From NCBI GenBank assembly GCA_963666565.1, contig OY762911.1, positions 4,480,001 through 4,544,000 on the forward strand: a stretch of DNA of 64,000 nucleotides, given 5' to 3'. The notes below the pieces were generated by a model. It worked only from the letters and a program-made list of their open reading frames with translations. It made no database searches and had not been told where the DNA came from. A program made the translations under genes and the position numbers. The stretch is from Thermoanaerobaculia bacterium. GTDB lineage: Bacteria > Acidobacteriota > Thermoanaerobaculia > Multivoradales > Multivoraceae. Positions 56,727-64,000 of the stretch are shown here, piece after piece (position 1 is the first letter of the stretch; each line of letters begins with the position of its first letter).

Positions 56727-56845
56727 GCCCGCGAATAGCGCAACAGCCGATCTTCCCCCGGGTCTCGAAGCTGCCGGCGCGCGGGTGCCGGGTACGCGGG
56801 CCTTCTGGCCCGCTGCCGCCGGGAAACTCAGCCGGAATCCGTCTT

Positions 56846-57344
56846 GGTCCATAGAGCCGCGTGGTCGGCTCGCGACGGTCCGCGCGACGCCGCGCGGCCG
56901 GCGTCTCATGTACCATCGTCCCGTTGCCGCGGTTTCCCCGCGCGGGGTGACTGCCGACGGGAGAAACGGAACGACGGCAACGGAATCGAAGACCGGGAGC
57001 ACCTCCTTCTTGACCGAATCGGACGCGGCAGCGCGGCTTGAAGCGATACGTCGCGAGATGCGCGCCGAGCGCGCCCGGGACCACGCCGAGTTGCGCGGCG
57101 AGATGGGCGAGCTGCGTGCCGAACTGCGCGGCGAGATGGGCGAACTCCGCGACGAACTGCGCGGAGAGATGAGCGAACTGCGCGGCGAACTCCGCGGAGA
57201 GATGGGCGAACTCCGCGACGAGATTCGCGGCGACATGGAGAAGCTGCGCGCCGACCTGACCTGGCGCATGCTGCTGGTGGTGGGGGCCCTGCTGGCTGCC
57301 GCGACGGCGCTGGATCGGCTGCTGCTGGCCTGACCGTCACGGCG
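56846..57344 (+). repeat. ~0.5-kb direct repeat, copy 1 (copy 2 at 59621-60108)
   Basis: Both copies run from GGTCCATAGAGCC through the coiled-coil gene to TGACCGTCACGGCG. Confidence 0.9.
56971..57333 (+). CDS. Coiled-coil protein with C-terminal TM anchor (DUF1640/CCDC90-like), copy 1; start codons read ACG
   Basis: LRGEMGELRAE repeats plus LTWRMLLVVGALL; both ATGs of copy 2 read ACG here. Confidence 0.55.
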   Translation, partial: TTATESKTGSTSFLTESDAAARLEAIRREMRAERARDHAELRGEMGELRAELRGEMGELRDELRGEMSELRGELRGEMGELRDEIRGDMEKLRADLTWRMLLVVGALLAAATALDRLLLA

Positions 57345-57369
57345 CCGCCGCGCCGACCTTGCGCACGGC

Positions 57370-57591
57370 TCAATCGGTACTCGGTTTCGACCCTGTGGGC
57401 GGCCGCAAGCCGGTGCCGAGGCCGCCGAACCACAGCTTGAACATCTCCTGCGGGTCGGCGTACTTCAGGTTGGCCGCCATGCGGTCGCGGAACTTCTCCA
57501 GCATCTCGTTCTGGATGCCGGCCAGATCGGGGAGGCCCAGGAAGGCCCGCGCTTCTTCGGGGGTGCAGTCGATGTCGAGCTTGATCTTCAC
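57370..57591 (-). CDS. DUF6489 family protein
   Basis: MKIKLDIDCTPEEARAFLGLPD. Confidence 0.8.
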   Translation of the reverse strand: MKIKLDIDCTPEEARAFLGLPDLAGIQNEMLEKFRDRMAANLKYADPQEMFKLWFGGLGTGLRPPTGSKPSTD

Positions 57592-57739
57592 GGGTTCTCC
57601 CTTCGCGCAACGGGTTGCAGGTCACGGGGACGGGCCGCCGCCGACCTGCCGGCCGAGCGTCTGCGCCGCGGACGGCGACTAGCATACGACCCGAACGCCG
57701 GGCCGCCTGCCCCGACGTTGAACCGAGAGGAGACGAAGC

Positions 57740-59536
57740 ATGAACCGGAGTCGCGCCACGCCGGGTCTACCGGGCCTGGTCTTGCTCGCCTGCCTGCTCG
57801 GGCCTGCCGGCGGGCTCCTGGCCCAGCCGCCCGCCACGGTCATCCAGGGCGCGCGCGTGTTCACTGGCGACGACGTGCTCGAAGAGGCGACCGTCCTGAT
57901 CCGCGGCCGCACGATCGAGTCAGTCACTCTGGACGCCCACGTTCCGGCAGGCGCCGGCGCCGACGCGGAGATCGTCGACGGCGCCGGCATGACCCTGCTG
58001 CCGGGGCTGATCGACAGCCATACGCACAACTTCGGACCGTCGCTCCAGCAGGCGCTGAACTTCGGCGTCACCACCGTTCTCGACATGCTCACCGGTGAGA
58101 ACATGGCTTCCCAGTGGCGCCGGCAGCAGGCCGCGGGCGCGGTTCCGGAGCGAGCCGACGTGTTCGCGGGCGGGGGCGTGACCGTGGCTGGCGGGCACGG
58201 CACGCAGTTCGGCATCTCGCTGACGACCCTGGACGATCCGGAGCGGACGGAGACCTTCATCGCCGATCGGGCCGCCGCCGGCGCCGACTTCATCAAGGTG
58301 ATCTACGAGCCGGGAATGGAAGGGCGGCCGTTGCCGACCTTGGCCGTCTCGACCCTGCCCCGTATCGTGGCCGCCGCTCGCACTCACGACCTTCTCGCTG
58401 TCTTCCACATCAGCACGGCGGAGGCGGCCGGGGAGGCCATCGCCGCGGGCGCCGATGGCCTGGCCCACATGTACTTCGACGGCGCGGGCGGCCAGGAACT
58501 CATCGAAGCGGCCCGCAATGCCGGGATCTTCGTCGTCCCGACGCTCGCGGTGCTCGAAACGGTCACCGGGACCGGCGGCGGCCGCGAGTTGGCGGCGGAT
58601 CCGCCGATCGCGCCGTTTCTCACGCCCGAGCAGCGGGGCGGTCTGGACCAGGACTTCGGCCAGGCGCCGGACCCCGAGGCAATGGCGACAATCCTGGCCG
58701 ACGTCGGCGCGCTGCACGCCGCCGGAGTGCCGATTCTGGCCGGCTCGGACGCACCGAATCCGGGCACCGCGCACGGCGCGAGCGTCCACCGCGAACTGGA
58801 GCTGCTCGTCCGCGCCGGTCTGACTCCCGTCGAGGCTCTGCGGGCCGCAACCGCCGTGCCCGCCGACACGTTCGGGCTGGACGACCGCGGCCGCATCGCG
58901 CCCGGCTTCAAGGCGGACCTCCTGCTGGTTCGCGGCGACGCGACCGCCGACGTGCTCGCGACCCGCGACATCGCGGCGATCTGGAAGGACGGAACGCGCT
59001 TCGAGCGCCAGACCGCCGAACTCCCGACCGACCGACCGCGTCTGGAACCCGCCCTGCTCGACGACTTCGAGGGCCTGGGCGCCGGCGCCCTGCCCCCCAA
59101 GTGGTCGCACTCGACCGACGCACTTGCCGGCGGCAAGTCGACGGTGACGAGCGTCGCGGCGCCCCGCGACGAGGGCGGCAGCGCGCTCCGGATCGAGGGC
59201 GAGATCAAGGAGGGCTTCGCCTTCCCGTGGTCCGGGGTCATGGTCCTGCTCGGTTCTCAGTTCAACGACCCCTTCGACGCCGGCGGTATCCGCGCCCTGG
59301 CCTTCGAGGCCCGTGGCGAGGGCGCGACCTACCAGGCGATGGCGTTCGCCGAGAGCCTGGGAATGCGGCCGGCGGCCGCGGCCTTCGAGGCCGGCGAAGA
59401 TTGGCGCCGGGTGGAGATTCCGCTGTCGTCGTTCCGCGGTCTCGACCCTTCGGGCGTCTGGGCGTTCTTCATCGGCGGCCCCACCGAGCACGGCGCCTTC
59501 TGGCTCGAGATCGACAACGTCGAGCTGGTCGAGTAG
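57740..59536 (+). CDS. Amidohydrolase with C-terminal CIA30 domain, secreted
   Basis: LPGLIDSHTH, ADFIKV, LAGSDAPNP, GRIAPGFKADLL; C-terminal STD..AGGKS...WLEIDNV. Confidence 0.88.
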   Translation: MNRSRATPGLPGLVLLACLLGPAGGLLAQPPATVIQGARVFTGDDVLEEATVLIRGRTIESVTLDAHVPAGAGADAEIVDGAGMTLLPGLIDSHTHNFGPSLQQALNFGVTTVLDMLTGENMASQWRRQQAAGAVPERADVFAGGGVTVAGGHGTQFGISLTTLDDPERTETFIADRAAAGADFIKVIYEPGMEGRPLPTLAVSTLPRIVAAARTHDLLAVFHISTAEAAGEAIAAGADGLAHMYFDGAGGQELIEAARNAGIFVVPTLAVLETVTGTGGGRELAADPPIAPFLTPEQRGGLDQDFGQAPDPEAMATILADVGALHAAGVPILAGSDAPNPGTAHGASVHRELELLVRAGLTPVEALRAATAVPADTFGLDDRGRIAPGFKADLLLVRGDATADVLATRDIAAIWKDGTRFERQTAELPTDRPRLEPALLDDFEGLGAGALPPKWSHSTDALAGGKSTVTSVAAPRDEGGSALRIEGEIKEGFAFPWSGVMVLLGSQFNDPFDAGGIRALAFEARGEGATYQAMAFAESLGMRPAAAAFEAGEDWRRVEIPLSSFRGLDPSGVWAFFIGGPTEHGAFWLEIDNVELVE

Positions 59537-59620
59537 CGGCCGGCGCGCGGAGCGACGACCCCGGAGACCGGAAGCAGGCAATAGCGCCCGCATTCACAGG
59601 GCGGCTGCCGGGCGTTTCTC

Positions 59621-60108
59621 GGTCCATAGAGCCTGACTGTCGGCTCGCGACGGTCCGCGCGACGCCGCGCGGCCGGCGCCTCATGTACCATCGTCCCGTT
59701 GCCGTGGTTCCGCTGCGCGGGGCGATCACCCAACGGGAGAAACGGAATGACGGCAATGGAATCGAAGACCGGGAGCACCTCCTTCTTGACCGAATCGGAC
59801 GCGGCAGTGCGGCTTGAAGCGATCCGTCGCGAGATGCGCGCCGAGCGCGCGCGGGACCACGCGGAACTGCGTGGCGAACTCCGCGCCGAGATGGGCGAAC
59901 TCCGCGCCGAGATGGGGGAGCTGCGCGGCGAATTCCGCGCCGAGATGGGCGAACTCCACGGCGAGATGGCCGAACTCCGCGGCGAGATTCGCGGCGACAT
60001 GGAGAAGCTGCGCGCCGACCTGACCTGGCGCATGCTGCTGGTGGTGGGCGCACTGTTGGCTGCCGCGACGGCGCTGGACCGGCTGCTGCTGGCCTGACCG
60101 TCACGGCG
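59621..60108 (+). repeat. ~0.5-kb direct repeat, copy 2
   Basis: Near-identical to 56846-57344 outside the variable coiled-coil repeat tract. Confidence 0.9.
59747..60097 (+). CDS. Coiled-coil protein with C-terminal TM anchor, copy 2
   Basis: GGGAGA RBS and ATG; ELRAEMG repeats; TM tail. Confidence 0.75.
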   Translation: MTAMESKTGSTSFLTESDAAVRLEAIRREMRAERARDHAELRGELRAEMGELRAEMGELRGEFRAEMGELHGEMAELRGEIRGDMEKLRADLTWRMLLVVGALLAAATALDRLLLA

Positions 60109-60367
60109 GCCGCAGCCGCGAGTTGGCGGCAGATCCGCCGATCGATCCCTTCCTCACGCCCGAGCAGCGTGGCGGTCTGGTCGAGGCTCGCAGGCCGCGC
60201 GTCGCTTCAGTGGGGCCGGCGCGCGCGCCGCGGAGACGTTGAGGACGTAGCGGCACCGACGCCCGCTTCAACGATGCCAATGGCAACCGAAAAGACTGCA
60301 CACTCGAGGAGACGCCGGTAGAGGTCGGGGCAGGCGTCCGGAGAACGCCGCAGGACTCCGGTGTCGG

Positions 60368-61575
60368 CGCTCAACGAAGGCCGGAGCACAAGCCCCGGCG
60401 ACAGCCGTCGATCAGGACGCCCGTGGTCTGAGAGAGCGACCGCTCAACGAAGGCCGGAGCATAAGCCCCGGCGACAGCCGGCCCAGTGATACGCATGAAG
60501 GACAACGTAGGGGTTCGCTCAACGAAGGCCGGAGCATAAGCCCCGGCGACAGAGGTCTCCTCGGGCGGCAGGTCGCTCAGGTCGATGCCCGCTCAACGAA
60601 GGCCGGAGCAAAAGCCCCGGCGACAGCCGCGGATGGACCTGGCCGAGTATCATGCTTGGCAGTGCGCTCAACGAAGGCCGGAGCAAAAGCCCCGGCGACA
60701 GTCGTTGAAGCCGTCCTGGAAGACGAACTGTTCCTCCGCTCAACGAAGGCCGGAGCAAAGCCCCGGCGACAGCCGGGGACCGTGCGTGGGGGGCCGGGGA
60801 CGGTGCGTCGCTCAACGAAGGCCGGAGCAAAAGCCCCGGCGACAGCAGGGCCGGCCGTAGTCACTGGTCAGGGCGCGAACCGCTCAACGAAGGCCGGAGC
60901 AAAAGCCCCGGCGACAGTCCGCGGCGATCCGGCGGTAGCCGTCGCCCCGCCGCGCTCAACGAAGGCCGGAGCAAAAGCCCCGGCGACAGTCCAGGCCGTC
61001 CTGGGCGCACTCGGCGTTCCCCACCGACGCTCAACGAAGGCCGGAGCAAAAGCCCCGGCGACAGTCGTTCGCGTGCGTTGACGATGCGCGCGCCCATTGG
61101 GCGCTCAACGAAGGCCGGAGCAAAAGCCCCGGCGACAGGAACCCCTCCGTCGAGGGCGCGTCGTAGCACTGGTACGCTCAACGAAGGCCGGAGCAAAAGC
61201 CCCGGCGACAGGTCCGGCAGCGCCGTGAGGCCCGTGCAGCCGCTCAGCGCTCAACGAAGGCCGGAGCAAAAGCCCCGGCGACAGGAGATCGAGCCTTCGC
61301 AGCTCGACATCCACCTGCCCGCTCAACGAAGGCCGGAGCAAAAGCCCCGGCGACAGCTGGATCAGCTTGCGCCGGGCGCTCAGGATCGACATCGCTCAAC
61401 GAAGGCCGGAGCAAAAGCCCCGGCGACAGCTGGTGGATCATGGGCATCGGGCTCGCGTACTCGATCGCTCAACGAAGGCCGGAGCAAAAGCCCCGGCGAC
61501 AGTGCCCGTACCCACGACGACCGCGGGCGAGGCTCCAGCGCTCAACGAAGGCCGGAGCAAAAGCCCCGGCGACAG
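60368..61575 (-). CRISPR. CRISPR array, 17 repeats / 16 spacers (35-38 bp); repeat CTGTCGCCGGGGCTTTTGCTCCGGCCTTCGTTGAGCG (37 bp)
   Basis: Repeats start at 60368, 60441, 60516, 60590, 60665, 60737, 60809, 60881, 60953, 61028, 61102, 61175, 61248, 61320, 61393, 61466, 61539; variant repeats cluster at the left (trailer) end. Confidence 0.98.
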
Positions 61576-61779
61576 TGCTAACGCTACAGAATTGTCCCGT
61601 TTCGCGCGATCTCGGCAGCACGGGGGTCGAAGACCTGACCAAACGACTCCAGTGTCCGTCGGTCCGGCCTTCTTCGCACACCAGATCGCCCCAAATCCCG
61701 CCGACCGAGCACCGGACGGGGACGCCGCAAGCGGGTTCACGGTCATTGGTGCCTGAATCACCGCGGGTTCGCACCAAGG
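61576..61779 (-). promoter_or_regulatory. CRISPR leader
   Basis: Non-coding gap between cas2 and the conserved end of the array. Confidence 0.7.
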
Positions 61780-62070
61780 TCAGACGAACCAGGGCTCCCC
61801 AGTCTCGCGCTGCTGTTCTCTGCCGAAGCGACTGCGGGCTTCCTCGATGGGCGCGGCGAAGCGATAGACGATCACCGAGTCCTGCCGGCTGTCGATCACG
61901 TCTTGCACCTCGCCGATCATGCGGGTCAGCCGCGTCGGCGACAATCGACACTCGAAAACGGACATCTGCACCCGCTGGCCGTACTTCTCGCAAACCTGCG
62001 CAACGCGCCGGAGACGCGAGGCGCCCTTGCCCTCCGTATCGGCGATGTCGTAGGTGACGAGGACGTCCAT
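61780..62070 (-). CDS. cas2: CRISPR-associated Cas2
   Basis: VLVTYDIA...RLRRVAQVCEKYGQRVQMSVFEC. Confidence 0.95.
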   Translation of the reverse strand: MDVLVTYDIADTEGKGASRLRRVAQVCEKYGQRVQMSVFECRLSPTRLTRMIGEVQDVIDSRQDSVIVYRFAAPIEEARSRFGREQQRETGEPWFV

Positions 62071-62073
62071 CGC

Positions 62074-63090
62074 TCAAGCCAGAACGAACGGCGGATACAC
62101 GGGGAGATCGCCTCGCAGGTGGCGCGCCAGCAGAGTCGCCTGAATCGACGGCAGCGCCCACCGGCCCACCCGCCGGCCCGACACCCGGTGGAGCACGGCA
62201 GTCTCCTTGTGGCGTTCCCACTCCTTGATCAGGCCTGCCCGGCCGTCGTCGCTCATGTAGACGCCGCCTCCCGGCGTGCGGACGAAGCTGTCGTGCCCCA
62301 CCTGTCGCCTCCGCACCAAGGACACGACGAAGCGGTCCGTGAGAGCACGCAGTTCCTCGGCAAGGTCGAGGGCCAACGAGGGCCTGCCGGACCGCGGCCG
62401 ATGGAAGAAGCCCATCTGGTAGTCCAGACCGACACTCTCCGTCGCGCCAATGAACTCAGTGACGAGAAGTCCGTAGCAGAACCCAAACATCGCGTTCACG
62501 GGATCGCGTGGCGGCCGCCGATTTCTCTTTGAGAAGCGGAGGTCGCACTTGGAGAGGGCCTGCCCGACTGCCCCGAAATAGATGCGGGCGGCGTCGCCTT
62601 CGACGCCTCGAACGTGGTCTGGGGTCTCCGCGCCGGCCAACCGCCCGACGCGATCTCCGATCTGCCTCGCCCGTTTCGCCAAACCCTCGGACTCGAAGGA
62701 GTCCCGTTCGTCGCGCGCCCAGCGTTCCACGACCTTGCGGCTGTTCTGGAGCTTCGCGGCCACGAAGGCCTTCGCCAGCGAGAGGGAATGAGCGGCATCC
62801 GAGACCGCACCATAGAGCGCCGACCGCAGGTGGACGTTGCCGCCCGTGACGCCGCCGACGACGAACCGCACTCTTCCCGACATCCCAACGGAACTGACCC
62901 GAACGCCGCGACGCACGCATGCCTCCAGCGCCTGGGTGGTTACCTGCGCACCTCCGATCAGAACGACCGCGTCGACCCCTTCAAGCGGGATCTTCCGGGC
63001 GCCCTCGGGAGTCGACACCAGAAGCGAACCGCGGCGAAACCGGACCTTGGCTCGGTGCTCGCGAACGTAGACGGAACTCAGGTAGCGCAT
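62074..63090 (-). CDS. cas1: CRISPR-associated Cas1
   Basis: RGVEGDAARIYF, RNRRPPRDPVNA, GFFH..RSGRPSLALDLAEE. Confidence 0.95.
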   Translation of the reverse strand: MRYLSSVYVREHRAKVRFRRGSLLVSTPEGARKIPLEGVDAVVLIGGAQVTTQALEACVRRGVRVSSVGMSGRVRFVVGGVTGGNVHLRSALYGAVSDAAHSLSLAKAFVAAKLQNSRKVVERWARDERDSFESEGLAKRARQIGDRVGRLAGAETPDHVRGVEGDAARIYFGAVGQALSKCDLRFSKRNRRPPRDPVNAMFGFCYGLLVTEFIGATESVGLDYQMGFFHRPRSGRPSLALDLAEELRALTDRFVVSLVRRRQVGHDSFVRTPGGGVYMSDDGRAGLIKEWERHKETAVLHRVSGRRVGRWALPSIQATLLARHLRGDLPVYPPFVLA

Positions 63091-63695
63091 CGAAACACAT
63101 GCCGCGCCACATAGCGCTCGATCCGAGCCGGCGCGGCCGTCACGTCGGGAAGGCAGTGGTAGTGAAGCTGACACTCCTTGCAGCGCTGGTCATTGGGCGC
63201 CTCGGGCAAGACGGCGTCGACAAGCTGGTCCCGGATCTGCTGCACGACTTCTGCTACCTGGCCCCGCAGCGCCACGGTGAACTCGACGCAAACCCGGCGT
63301 CGCGGCCCGCCGTACCAGACGAAGCCCTCCGGCACCTCGACGCTCAGCATCTCCTCGAGGCACAGAGCCTGGGCGCAAAGTTGCAGGTCGGCCGCCGAAC
63401 CGTGACGAACGCCCGACTTGTACTCCACCGGGCGCGCCGCTCCGCCCTCAAGCTCAACCGCATCGGCTCTGCCAGAGAGCCCCAACGCCTCCGACCACAA
63501 CGGGATCGCCCGGAGGACGAAGCGGCCTCGCTCCTGCCGGTGCTCGCCGCCATCCACCCGCCGGTGCGAACGCGATCCACGAACGGTATGGGCGTTGTCG
63601 GCCCAGACGCCGTCGCAGTGGATCAAGGCGCACTGTCGTGGGCAGTAGACGAAGTGCTCGATCGCGGAGATCGGGACGATGGGTTCAGAAGTCAC
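63078..63695 (-). CDS. cas4: CRISPR-associated Cas4
   Basis: ISAIEHFVYCPRQ, GRADAVE, PVEYKSG, QLCAQALCLEEM, CKECQLHYHC. Confidence 0.95.
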   Translation of the reverse strand: MTSEPIVPISAIEHFVYCPRQCALIHCDGVWADNAHTVRGSRSHRRVDGGEHRQERGRFVLRAIPLWSEALGLSGRADAVELEGGAARPVEYKSGVRHGSAADLQLCAQALCLEEMLSVEVPEGFVWYGGPRRRVCVEFTVALRGQVAEVVQQIRDQLVDAVLPEAPNDQRCKECQLHYHCLPDVTAAPARIERYVARHVFRCAT

Positions 63696-64000
63696 AGGGG
63701 CTCAGCCCCGAACCCTCTTGTGGGGTCCAGGTCAGCTCGGCGTTGAAACGCAACTGTGCGCCACGCCGCGTGGACACCCAAGCTCGGCCAAGCCTCTCTC
63801 GGCCCCGGCTTCCAAGCGTCCAGGAGCGCGTCGATCGCTCGGAAGTCAAGCAGTTGGCACCATGCGGGCCACACGAACTGGCGGTCCTTCCGATCTCTCT
63901 TCAGCCTCCAGCCTCTCTGTACCACGCCCGCCCGCCCGAACCGCTTCCCGTTCACAGCAACTCCCGGCCCACGAACCGGCAACAGCGCGAGACCAAAGAA
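63692..64000 (-). CDS. Cas effector gene, 3' end; probably type I-G large subunit (Cas8g2/Csb3-like)
   Basis: Frame open to the window edge (FFGLALLPVRG...QRGW...FVWPAW...AIDALLD); stop overlaps the cas4 start. Confidence 0.5.
   Translation of the reverse strand, partial: FFGLALLPVRGPGVAVNGKRFGRAGVVQRGWRLKRDRKDRQFVWPAWCQLLDFRAIDALLDAWKPGPREAWPSLGVHAAWRTVAFQRRADLDPTRGFGAEPL

Noticed and set aside
56846-60108. Composite transposon or prophage att sites
   Set aside because: The direct repeats encode a coiled-coil protein, no transposase or integrase is present, and a decayed tandem duplication fits better.
60405-61538. Self-targeting spacers
   Set aside because: No match to this window noticed by eye; an alignment is needed to exclude it.
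60519-61761. ORFs with repeated STKAGAKAPAT or LSPGLLLRPSLS peptides
   Set aside because: Translations of the CRISPR repeats.
1-64000. tRNA or rRNA genes
   Set aside because: None recognised by eye; tRNAscan-SE and barrnap would confirm.

Overview
Very GC-rich bacterial chromosome segment. The gene content suggests Acidobacteriota or a similar lineage, but this is inference only. Most of it is catabolic, secreted or membrane genes: aconitase X pair, acyl-CoA ligase/oxidoreductase/PQQ-dehydrogenase run, copper amine oxidase, amtB-glnK facing an unusual ACT-containing glnE, several peptidases, and a WS/DGAT-phasin lipid-storage operon. Accessory and defence content: an unclassified IS-like element (about 3696-5563) encoding a 533-aa protein with no recognisable standard transposase motif, a probable type II R-M pair, a Phd/VapC toxin-antitoxin pair, a PD-(D/E)XK nuclease, and at the right end a CRISPR array (17 repeats, 16 spacers) with cas2, cas1, cas4 and a partial type I-G-like gene. 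The most unusual non-coding signal is a three-copy ~196-bp element (16938, 33835, 44810). Its ~35-bp inverted arms differ in sequence between copies, while its ~106-107-nt loop and flanking motifs are conserved. A separate REP-like hairpin family occurs about 14 times. All calls are by eye; no searches were run.
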